A stretch of 64,000 nt of DNA from Nitrospinaceae bacterium. Lineage in GTDB: Bacteria; Nitrospinota; Nitrospinia; Nitrospinales; Nitrospinaceae. The DNA lies in the NCBI GenBank assembly GCA_965223665.1, contig OZ245011.1, positions 896,001-960,000 on the forward strand, given 5' to 3'. The notes beneath the pieces were generated by a model. The model saw only the letters and a program-made list of their open reading frames with translations. It made no database searches and had not been told where the DNA came from. A program made the position numbers and the translations under genes. Of this stretch, positions 10,815 through 24,500 are shown piece after piece. The first letter of the stretch is position 1; each line of letters starts with the position of its first letter.

Positions 10815-11267
10815 ATGCTATTAGCCAAAGATGTAATGTCCACAGATGTAATAACGGTTAAAAAAGATTTATCGCTTCGTGATCTTTCCAACAAATTTAT
10901 AGAACACCAAGTAAATGGATTTCCAGTTGTAAATGATGAAGGAAAATTAATAGGTATGGTTACTGAAAATGACTTAATCGAGCAAAATAAGAATCTTCAT
11001 ATTCCTACGGTCATTGCACTTTTCGATGGAGTTTTTTATTTGGAAAGTGAAAAAAAATTTGAAAAGGAAGTTCAGAAACTTTCAGCAACTACTGTAAATG
11101 ATATATTTAATTCAAAAGTAATCACAACAACTTCAGACGCTTCTCTTTCCCAAGTAGCTACACTTATGGCGGAAAATAATGTCCACACAATCCCTGTAGT
11201 AGAATCAGATAACTTACTCGGGGTCATTGGGAAAGTTGATATAATCCGAGGAATGGCGCAAGAATAA
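10815..11267 (+). CDS. CBS-domain pair protein
   Basis: AKDVMSTDVITV, GFPVVNDEGKLIGMVTENDL, IPVVESDNLLGVIGKVDII. Confidence 0.9.
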   Translation: MLLAKDVMSTDVITVKKDLSLRDLSNKFIEHQVNGFPVVNDEGKLIGMVTENDLIEQNKNLHIPTVIALFDGVFYLESEKKFEKEVQKLSATTVNDIFNSKVITTTSDASLSQVATLMAENNVHTIPVVESDNLLGVIGKVDIIRGMAQE

Positions 11268-11357
11268 AATTTTCTACTTTCTTTTCGATCCTAATCCATC
11301 ATAAAATTAGAGGAATTTGGTTGATCAACTACAAATTGAAGACCGGGAGGTGTCACC

Positions 11358-14907
<3,550 letters not shown>

Positions 14908-15184
14908 GAGGGAATCTCTCAGATCTTTTAATCAATAAAAACAGCGAATTAAAATTTATCCTTTGGGAAAAATTTGATTTCGATAACTGTCTGGGTAGCA
15001 TTTTAAATGTTTGTAGAATCAATATTGGTGATCTAAGGTTGGCCAACTTTTCCAATATTAATCTCCTAGCCAACTTAAGTCAAGGTGTACTCACAAGGAT
15101 GAAACCATTAAATTTTTTTAAATTTGAGTGTATTAATTTTTTGGTGTTTTATAAAAGTCTTAAAAGATTGACTTTAATGCATTG

Positions 15185-15200
15185 TGTTAGAATCCTAACA
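15185..15200. promoter_or_regulatory. Perfect 16-bp palindrome TGTTAG-AATC-CTAACA overlapping a putative extended -10 (TGtTAGAAT) and the cyclase start codon
   Basis: Read directly from the sequence. It has the TGT-N10-ACA geometry of Crp-family operators. No Shine-Dalgarno is visible before ATG 15200. Confidence 0.45.
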
Positions 15201-17428
15201 TGAAAACTCGTTGGTTAAATGCTTTCACAGTATCTATTGCGATTTCCCTCAGCTTAATTTTTGTATATTCCCTCGATCTTACATTTATTAAACTTCTAGA
15301 ACTTAAAGCATACGATTTTAAAATGTCCTTGAGAGGAAAACGACCTGTATCCGACAAAATAGTAATTGTCGCAATTGATGAGCATAGCTTACAACAAGAG
15401 GGACGGTGGCCCTGGCCGCGTACCCGTCTTGCAAATCTAGTTAACAAATTAACTAAATTTGATGCGACAGTAATCGGGTTAGATATCCTATTTCCAGAAA
15501 AAGACATTTACATTCCACTAGACGAAGTGATACGCGAGATAAAAAAAAAAGATCTCACAAAAATTAGTCGTAGCGAAGCTGTAAGTTGGTTAAAGCAAAT
15601 AAGTAATTCGGATGGCAAATTTGCTGAAGCAATTCTTCAGTCGAACCGTTTGGTAATGGGTTATTTTATTTATTCAACAGCCCAACAGGCAAAAAAATCA
15701 GCTAGAATGATGGGACCAAGAGAATTGGAGCTACTAGATTCTTCACAATATTCCATAGTCAATTTCAACAATAATTCTCAGGTTTTTGATTTTCTTCATC
15801 CTATTTTTGCTGTAGGTCTCAACATTCCATCTTTGATGAAAGTTGCCAAAAGAGCTGGTAGTCTTCACTTTATGCCAGATCGAGACGGAATTCTAAGGTT
15901 TATTCCCATGGTCCAGGCATACAAAAATGTTTTATTTCCCCCGTTCAGTTTACAAATTTTAAAAGAAGCTACTAATTGGAATACCACCATCGATATTTTT
16001 TCTGACCACGTTGCAGAAATCCAATTGGGAGATATACCCATTCCAGTTACAGAGAAGGGAGATTTTCTCATCAATTATTACGGACCGAGTCAAACCTTTA
16101 CTTACATATCCGCCTCCGACGTAATAAATGAAAGGGTGGATCCAACAACATTAAAGAATAAAATAGTACTCGTTGGCGCCACCGCAACTGCTCTCCCGGA
16201 CCTTCACAGCACTCCTTTCGACCCCTTGTATCCTGGGGTTGAGGTGCATGCAACCGTTATGGAAAATATTCTAAACCAAGATTTTTTGCAACGTCCACCT
16301 TGGATTCGTCTCTTGACCTTAATAATGGTTTTAATTACCGGGGTGCTTCTAGGTTGGGCTTCTCTTCATTTTAAAGCTTTTGGCACATCCATAATTTTAC
16401 TTTTTGGAATTGGGGGATATTTAGTTACAGACTACGTGCTTTTTACTCAGAAGGGGCTGTGGGTTTATACCGTGTATCCTGTGTTCTCTCAATTTCTTAT
16501 ATTTTCAGGAGTTACCCTATATCGATTCATTTTTGAAGAACGTGAAAAGCGTTTTATTAAAGGTGCATTCAGCCATTATTTAGCACCAACGGTGGTCAAC
16601 CAACTGGTGGAAAACCCAAAACTCCTTAAATTAGGCGGAGAACGTAAAGTGCTCACAGCTTTTTTTTCTGATGTGGCTGGGTTTTCTTCAATTTCAGAAA
16701 AAATGGAAGCAGAAGAATTGGTAGATTTGCTAAATGTTTATTTAACGGACATGACAGAAATAATTTTGAAATATGAAGGTACGGTAGACAAGTATGAAGG
16801 TGATGCAATCATTGCTTTTTTTGGAGCTCCTATTGCTTTTGAAGATCATGCCACCCGAACCTGTTTAGCAGCCATGGATATGCAAAAAAGACTGGCTGAG
16901 TTGCGGGATATTTGGAAAAAAGAAGGTCTTCCCGAAATGTTTATGCGTATCGGTATCAATACAGGGCCAATGGTGGTGGGTAATATGGGATCAATTAACC
17001 GTATGGATTACACTATGATGGGAGATTCAGTAAATTTAGCGGCACGGTTGGAAGGCGTCAACAAACAATATAAAACATATACAATGATCAGCGAGTATAC
17101 TTACGAGTTAGCAAAAAACAATATAGAAACCCGTGAATTGGATTCCATTCGAGTTGTAGGAAGACAGGAACCACTAAAAATCTATGAAGTATTGGGTAAA
17201 AAAGGTGAAATAAATGATTTTATACATCCCATTTTGCCTTACTTTAAAGAAGGCTTGAATCATTATAAAAATTTAAGGTGGGAAAGAGCTATCGAATCTT
17301 TCCAAACAGCATTAAACCTTTATGAAAACGATGGACCTTCAATGACTTATTACGAAAGGTGCATTACCTTCCAAAAACATCCCCCACCCTCTGACTGGGA
17401 TGGAGTATTTGATATGCCATCCAAATAA
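15200..17428 (+). CDS. CHASE2-domain membrane class III adenylate cyclase
   Basis: N-terminal TM, CHASE2 (IVIVAIDEHSL..GRWPWPR, IGLDILF, YPGVEVHA), three further TMs, cyclase domain (FFSDVAGFS, DKYEGDAI, MRIGINTG, DYTMMGDSVNLAARLEG) and a TPR-like tail ending DWDGVF. Confidence 0.93.
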   Translation: MKTRWLNAFTVSIAISLSLIFVYSLDLTFIKLLELKAYDFKMSLRGKRPVSDKIVIVAIDEHSLQQEGRWPWPRTRLANLVNKLTKFDATVIGLDILFPEKDIYIPLDEVIREIKKKDLTKISRSEAVSWLKQISNSDGKFAEAILQSNRLVMGYFIYSTAQQAKKSARMMGPRELELLDSSQYSIVNFNNNSQVFDFLHPIFAVGLNIPSLMKVAKRAGSLHFMPDRDGILRFIPMVQAYKNVLFPPFSLQILKEATNWNTTIDIFSDHVAEIQLGDIPIPVTEKGDFLINYYGPSQTFTYISASDVINERVDPTTLKNKIVLVGATATALPDLHSTPFDPLYPGVEVHATVMENILNQDFLQRPPWIRLLTLIMVLITGVLLGWASLHFKAFGTSIILLFGIGGYLVTDYVLFTQKGLWVYTVYPVFSQFLIFSGVTLYRFIFEEREKRFIKGAFSHYLAPTVVNQLVENPKLLKLGGERKVLTAFFSDVAGFSSISEKMEAEELVDLLNVYLTDMTEIILKYEGTVDKYEGDAIIAFFGAPIAFEDHATRTCLAAMDMQKRLAELRDIWKKEGLPEMFMRIGINTGPMVVGNMGSINRMDYTMMGDSVNLAARLEGVNKQYKTYTMISEYTYELAKNNIETRELDSIRVVGRQEPLKIYEVLGKKGEINDFIHPILPYFKEGLNHYKNLRWERAIESFQTALNLYENDGPSMTYYERCITFQKHPPPSDWDGVFDMPSK

Positions 17429-17501
17429 TTGAGAAGATTATTAGTAAATAGAAATTTTACGAAATAAAAACAAATTGAAAAAAGAAAGAATCAGGACAAT
17501 T

Positions 17502-18152
17502 CTAGCTCAAAATTCCTTGCTTATATGCATAACGAATTAATTGTGCGTTACTACTCAAGTTCATTTTTTTAAGTATCCGGGTTCTATAAGTACTAATGGT
17601 GGAAGCACTGAGTGAAAGTTCAACAGAAATATCATTTACAGATTTACCCAGAGCAATAAGACGAAATACCTCAAATTCCCTGGAAGAAAGGTTTTTATGA
17701 GGCGGTTTTCCATTGAATACTATTTCATTAATTGCAATCACATTGGCAAGATTAGGACTGATATATTTTTCTCCTTGAACCACTTGCCGTATGGCTTCAA
17801 CAATTAATTCCATAGAGCTTACTTTCTCCAAATAACCTGATGCACCTTCCTGAAAACACAATTTCGCACTGTCTTCTTCAGGAGAAGCACTAAATACGAT
17901 AATTGGAAGGTTCGGATATTCAATTTTTAACTGACGCATAACGTCCCAACCATTTTTTTCTGGCATATCTAAATCCAGGAGAACTATATCCAATTCCAAC
18001 ATTCGAGTTTGTTCTAATAACTCTATTCCATTTTTCACTTTCTTTACCACGGTCATATCCGAAATTTGGGACAGTATTTGCGCCAATCCTTCCCTAACGA
18101 CTTCATGGTCGTCAGCAATAATTATTCGGATTTTTTCCTTTTGGGCTACCAT
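17502..18152 (-). CDS. NarL/FixJ-family (UvrY/GacA-like) response regulator, REC + LuxR HTH
   Basis: IIIADDHEVVREGL, LLDLDMP, LSSREFEVFRLIALGKS...TISTYRTRILKKM. Confidence 0.92.
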   Translation of the reverse strand: MVAQKEKIRIIIADDHEVVREGLAQILSQISDMTVVKKVKNGIELLEQTRMLELDIVLLDLDMPEKNGWDVMRQLKIEYPNLPIIVFSASPEEDSAKLCFQEGASGYLEKVSSMELIVEAIRQVVQGEKYISPNLANVIAINEIVFNGKPPHKNLSSREFEVFRLIALGKSVNDISVELSLSASTISTYRTRILKKMNLSSNAQLIRYAYKQGILS

Positions 18153-18807
18153 AAAAACTTCAAAAAAAACGAAAGATTTTCTTTTTTCTTATCGTTAAAT
18201 GTTTAAGAATGTGTTCCGATCAAATTCTCCATAATCCCGTTATTATAGAAAAAGGTACCATAATTCGCATGACTTGCAACGAAATAACGCCTTATTTGAC
18301 TTATTTTAGACGGTTAATAAATAATTGAAATTAACATCTCAATCCCAAAATATTCACCACTATAAAACTATTTCAAAGAAGCCTGAATTCTATAAATCAC
18401 AACCATAATCCCAAAAATTATTTAAAATTTTTTAATTCCTTTCTGAGCAAATACAACAGTAGTTAATTCCATGTCGCTATTTCAACGACAAAATTTTCAC
18501 AACTCCTGTGACAAGACAAAACATTTTTTATTGATTATATTTAGACCTAGAATCTTCAATAAATTTTTTAATTGAAGAAAAAGATTAGTAGGTAGTTTGA
18601 GTTTTAGGACGGGTTATCCAAACCTGGCAAATCAAACAAGCCTTGGTTTGAACGAAATTAAATTCCTTAAGACAAACTACCGTCAGCTTTGACATAGGAG
18701 GGATTAAAAATGTTATTAGAAACTATAAATCTAGCAAACCATCGCAGGGATCAAAAGTTTTCTATAGCACTCCTTTTGAAAACGCAAAGGAAGAATTTAA
18801 TAAACCT

Positions 18808-20496
18808 TTGGACACTATAAATGCAATGGAACTATTACAAGAATCAAAAGTATCCTATCAGACACTTCTTGATAATTCTTTCGATGCCATTATTTCAATT
18901 GATGCTGAAGGGCTAATCAAGGTATGGAATCATCGTGCAGAATCAATGTTTGGTTGGAAAGCAGAAGAAGTTATTGGTAAAGCTCTCACCCAAACGATCA
19001 TTCCACCTTCTTTTCATGAAGCGCATACTAAAGGCTTAAAAAACTTTTTAGCAAAAAATGAAAGTCGAGTTCTAAATCAAAAGTTGGAATTAACAGCAAT
19101 TCACCGAAAAGGAAATGAGTTTCCAATCGAAATATTCATTTGGGCAACTTACATAAGAAACAAAGTTTCTTTTACGGCCCTTATAAAAGACATAACTGAA
19201 AATAAAAACTTTCAGAAGGAAATGCGTCTTAAAAATGCAGAATATAAAGTACTGCACCAGGTGGCTCAAGTTCTTCAAAATTCAAAATCAATGGAAGAAA
19301 TGTTACACCATGCAATGGAAGTAATCAGCCAAAGCAAGGAACTACATGTAGAAAACAAAGCCGGAGTTTTTCTTGTGGATGAGGAAAAAAATGTACTGCG
19401 ACTCGCTTCTACCTTAGGAAATTTTCCAAAGGGTTTTCTGGAAAACCAGGCCGAGATTCCTTTTTACAATGTTCCCTATGGACGTTGCTATAGTACTGGA
19501 GAGATCCAAATCAAAGATTATTGCCAATTTAAACCTCATCGATTAGGTCCATTTGGAAATTTAGCCAATTATGGTACTTACATTATCCCCCTTAAAAGCA
19601 AAGCTAAAGTTGTGGGTATATTGTTTCTTTATACTCCAGAAACACCACCTTGTTATGAAGGTAGTACTGAAATTTTGATGTCAATCGGTTCCCTTATGGG
19701 CAATGCGATTCAACAAAGGAAATATGAAAAGAAAATTCATGAACAAAATAAAAAATTAAACAAACTCAATGAATTAAAAAACAAATTTCTTGGAATTGCT
19801 TAACACGATCTTCGAAGTCCCCTATTCGTAATTTTATCTTATAGCCGTATTCTTGCCGATGGATCCAAAGGCCAAATTAATGACCAGCAACTTTCTTTAA
19901 TTCAAAAAATAATAAATTCTGGTGAATATATGTGTGATTTATTGGGAAACTTATTGGACGTTTCAAAAATTGAAAGTGGCCAATATTTTTTAAATAAATC
20001 CGCACACAATATAAATGCTCTTGCATTTGAGGAAGTTGAAAAATTTCAACATGTCGCAAAAGAAAAAAATATTGAACTTCATTTTGAGAAAATGGATTCA
20101 CCCAACTTGATGGTGGACGTATGCTCCATAATCCAGGTAATGGATAATTTCATTGGAAATGCCATTAAATTTTCTCCTAAAAATACAAAAGTCTTCATCA
20201 AAACAGAAAATTTGAAAAGCTGGTTTCGATTCTCTGTGAAAGATCAGGGACCTGGAATTTCAGAAGAAAATAAAAAATTAGCTTTTAAAGAATTCCAAAC
20301 TTTAGGAAATAAACCCACTGGTGGGGAGAAATCGACCGGCCTGGGATTGGCTATTTCCAGGAAAATAATTCAACTGCATGAAGGCCAAGTTGGAATTATT
20401 TCCGAGATTGGAAAAGGGAGTACTTTTTACTTTGACCTACCAATCCTTAGAAAGGTCAACACGGAAGACGGTCAAACATTGATTAAAAATGACTAG
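18808..20496 (+). pseudogene. PAS-GAF-HisKA-HATPase sensor histidine kinase interrupted by an in-frame TAA at 19801-19803
   Basis: ORFs 18808..19803 and 19930..20496 share a frame. Read-through gives KFLGIA*HDLRSPL (H-box), then NFIGNAIKF, DQGPGI, STGLGL, GKGSTF. It could be a true nonsense allele or a sequence error. Confidence 0.8.
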
Positions 20497-20636
20497 TTTT
20501 TATTTAATTGTAGAAAGGTATCAACCTTTCAAAAATAGAATTTTTAAACTCTCAAAATAGAGAGAAGTCGATTTGAAAGATAGTATTACAATCTTACAAA
20601 AAGGCTAATTCACAACCCAAATGAAGGAGAATAAAA

Positions 20637-21059
20637 ATGTCAATTTTAGAAAACATTTCAGGAACCCATGGAAAAATTTTAATTGTAGATGATGACACAG
20701 AAATTAGAGATATCGTCAAATCGCAACTAATTGAAGGAGGTTATCAGGTACTGGAAGCCAAAGATGGAGAAGAGGCGATTAACCTTATGAAACAGGGATC
20801 AAATTTGCTCCGAGTGGGTTTGATTATCTGTGACATTCGTATGCCAAAAGTAAATGGTATCGAGGCTATTGATTATATAAAAGAAAATGCACCGTCTATT
20901 CCTATCATGGTGCTTACCGGATATCCAGATACTTATTTGGCATTATCCTTATTGAAAAAAGGAATTAAAGAATATGAGATTAAACCGGTTGAAAAAGATC
21001 GATTACTTGAAAAGGTACGAACTCTACTTGCTGCTAAACAAGATTTTAATTATGTCTAG
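20637..21059 (+). CDS. Single-domain response regulator (receiver)
   Basis: ILIVDDD, IICDIRMP, VLTGY, IKPV, with an AAGGAG RBS. Confidence 0.9.
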   Translation: MSILENISGTHGKILIVDDDTEIRDIVKSQLIEGGYQVLEAKDGEEAINLMKQGSNLLRVGLIICDIRMPKVNGIEAIDYIKENAPSIPIMVLTGYPDTYLALSLLKKGIKEYEIKPVEKDRLLEKVRTLLAAKQDFNYV

Positions 21060-21068
21060 TTTAAAAAT

Positions 21069-21110
21069 TCTCCCCCTTTTCTATAAGTTTCAACATAAAA
21101 AAGGGGGAGA
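21069..21110 (+). terminator. Inverted repeat, probable terminator after the receiver gene
   Basis: TCTCCCCCTTTT (21069-21080) pairs with AAAAGGGGGAGA (21099-21110). Confidence 0.6.
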
Positions 21111-21559
21111 CCAGAAAAAAATAATTTTGTAATTAAATAAATTATCTTTCTTAAAAATTTTTACTACATAATTCTGTATCGCAAAGAGAATTGCAATAAA
21201 TATTTCTTATGATCTAGCTCAAGTGACCGAGGAACATATCGAAAGAAGGATAATAAAATAATTTTTTATAAATGGTTTTATAAACACAGCGGACCAGAGC
21301 AAATGTTTACTAGTTTTTTACAAGCATGGTTAAAGAGAACTTCCAAAATACCCCAATTAGGCGTTGGAAAATTTTTCACCTTTGCCGAAAAAAATATGCT
21401 ATTGTTGGCAAAGATTTTCCAGTGGAAGCAAAATATGCGCCGCAAGAATGTTTTGCTCCAAAGTTTAATTGTTTTACCAGGAAACTACTATGCAGTAAAA
21501 AAACTCGAGGCGTTTGCTCACTGATTTTGCAAAAACCGCCTTATCTGGGAGGGTGGGTG

Positions 21560-24500
21560 ATGAGAAACTACAGCGGACACCTAATTCATTTTCAAATATT
21601 CTTATACCTGACAATCTTTGGATTTTATCCTCATGTTTCATTTGCTGCGAAATGCGAAAAGCCTATTGCCAAAATTGTATCGGCACAAGGAAGCGTAGAG
21701 GTACAACACGTTGGAAATGCAGATTGGAAACCAGTTGTATTAAATGAAACTTTTTGCCCGGGAGATAAGCTTCGTACAGATCCAAAAAGTCGTGCTGAAA
21801 TTGCGCTGGATAAATCTATTCTTCGCCTGAACGCCAATACCCTCCTTACCCTTAAAAATGTAAAGGAAAATAATACTGCCCTGATCGATTTACTTAAAGG
21901 AATCGCTTATTTTTTCAGTCTTGCCCCCAAAAGCCTCGAAGTCACAACTCCCTTTGCCATAGCTGCAGTCCGAGGCACAGAATTTCTGATAACTGTTACC
22001 CTCCAAAAAACTTTAATCACGATTTATGCCGGTAAAGTGTTTGCTTCCAATTCTAATGGATCCCTCATTTTGAAAAATGGGCAATCTGCTATCGCTGAAA
22101 GTGGTCAAGCTCCTGTTTTGCAGGTAAGACTGCGTCCACAAGACGCCGTTGCCTGGACTTTGTATTATCCACCAGTTATTAATATTCAAACTGAAGGTTA
22201 TCCGGAAGCAATCCGGCAATCGATTCAATATTATCAAAAGGGAAATATTAAAGGAGCATTTGACAGTATTGAAAACGCACCTGAGTTTCAGGATCCCAAG
22301 CTTTTAAACTATTTGGCGTCTCTAGAACTATCTGTCGGCCAGGTAGAAGCCGCCAACAAATACATTCAGAAAACCTTAAGCATTGACCCTAAAAATAGCG
22401 AAGGGTTGGCACTGCAATCAATCATTGCTTTGACTCAAAATAATAAAGAAGAAGCTTTAAGCAAAGCCAAACAGGCTGTTCAAGCCAACTCCCAATCTGC
22501 AACGGCGCAGATCGCTTTATCATATGCCCATCAGGCCAGGTTTGATATGAATAGCGCTCTGGCCAGTGGTCTAAAAGCCGTTGAACTGGAACCGCAAAAT
22601 GCACTGGCCTGGGCACGCCTTGCAGAACTCTGGTCGGCCAAGGGCTATCAAAAGAAAGCTCTGGAAGCAGCCCAAAAAGCGGTTTCGCTAAACCCAAACC
22701 TGGCAAGAACGCAAACGGTTCTTGGATTTGCTCATCTTACAAATGAAGATACCTCCAGTGCTCGCACCGCTTTCCAAAAAGCCATCGAACTGGATCAGGC
22801 AGACCCTCTTCCCAAATTGGGTCAAGGCATGGCTAAAATTCGAGACGGTGAACTGGAGGAAGGACGAAAAAATATTGAAGAAGCGGTCAACCTGGATCCA
22901 AACAATTCCCTGATGCGCAGCTATCTGGGAAAAGCATACTACGATGAAAAACGCAGTGTCAAAGCATTAGAGCAGTTCAGTATTGCTAAAAAGCAGGATC
23001 CCAAAGACCCAACTCCCCTTTTCTACAGCGCTATTGAAAAGCAAACCACCAACCGACCGGTGGAAGCATTGCACGATTTGCAAAAAGCAATCGATTTGAA
23101 CAATAATCGAGCACCGTTCCGGTCCCAGTTGTTAATGGACAAGGATCTCGCTTCTCGTAGTTCTGCCGTAGGGCGCATTTATACCGATCTAAATTTCCAG
23201 AATCGGGCCTTATTAGAGGGTTGGTTATCACTCGCTACAGACCCTACTAATTTTTCTGCCCATCGTCTTTTAGCAGACTCATACTCTATTTTACCGCGAC
23301 ATGAAATTGCCCGAGTCAGCGAACTGCTTCAGTCACAACTTTTGCAACTTGTTAACATGACCCCCATACAACCGCGCCTGGGGGAAAGTAATTTATTACT
23401 CATCAGTTCTGGTGGTCCGGGGGCCTTGTCCTTTAACGAGCTCAATCCCCTGTTCCAAAGCAATGGTATCACTTTCCAGGGAAATGGGATTGCCGGGGAA
23501 AACGATACCTACTCTGGCGAAGGCATCATTTCGGGAATTTTTGGAAAAGCTTCCTTCAGTGTAGGATACAGCAAATTTGATACCAACGGTTGGCGCCCAA
23601 ATGCAGACCAGGAAGATGACATTGTCAACGTTTTTACACAATTTCAGATTTCTCACCTTACAAGCGTACAATTTGAATACAGGTTCCGCGAGACTGTACA
23701 AGGAGATATTGTACAAAGGTTTTTTTCCTCAGACTTTCAGGCAACCTTAAGGAATAAAGATACAACAAATACAGCTCGCTTGGGTTTTCATCATGTATTC
23801 ATGCCTGGATTGGATGTTATTGGTAATTTTTCTTATCAAAATATGGATCGAGAATTGAAAGATCCATTTTTTTCAGTTGAACTCATGGGCAAAGATAAAT
23901 CTCTCGGTGGTGAGCTCCAAATGCTATTCAGGTCGAAATATATTAATATGGTGACCGGTGGAGGGTTCTTCTACATAAATATCAAAGAAACTTTTACCTT
24001 TACCCCCTTTCCACCCGAAATTTCGGATTTTACTCAGAAACATTCCAATTTTTATTTATATTCCTATATTAAAATATTAAAGAATTTAACCCTCACTATT
24101 GGAGGTAGCGGTGATTTCTTTAACACGGACAATCCCATGGCAAAGGATAAAAACCAATTTAATCCTAAGATTGGGGTCGTTTGGGAACCGCTCAAAGGAA
24201 CTACTATTCGTGGCGCCTGGTTTAGAGTCCTAAAGAGAACTTTGGTAGCTCAACAAACCATTGAACCGACTCAGATCGCCGGATTCAACCAGTTTTTTGA
24301 TGAACTTAATGGAACTGACTATTGGGTACGCGGAGTTGGTATTGATCAAAAATTCACTAAAAGTTTTTACGGTGGAATACAATTCACTGAGAAAGATTTG
24401 GATGTTCCTATTCTGTTTAGTTTCCCTCCAGCCCTGCCACAGCTAAATATTTTCTCCTGGGAAGAAAAACAAGCTCGCGCTTATTTATTTTGGACGCCGC

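Noticed and set aside
21147-21215. Loose similarity of this upstream region to 25772-25845 and 26612-26640, plus the 13-mer CATAATTCTGTAT shared with 25613
   Set aside because: The sequence is AT-rich and low-complexity, and distances to start codons are inconsistent. I cannot distinguish it from chance by eye.
21326-21559. 78-aa N-terminal extension of the barrel ORF, and overlapping ORFs 21303..21524 and 21514..21747
   Set aside because: ATG 21560 has a GGAGGG RBS and begins a normal signal peptide. The upstream translation has no recognisable features and is probably non-coding.
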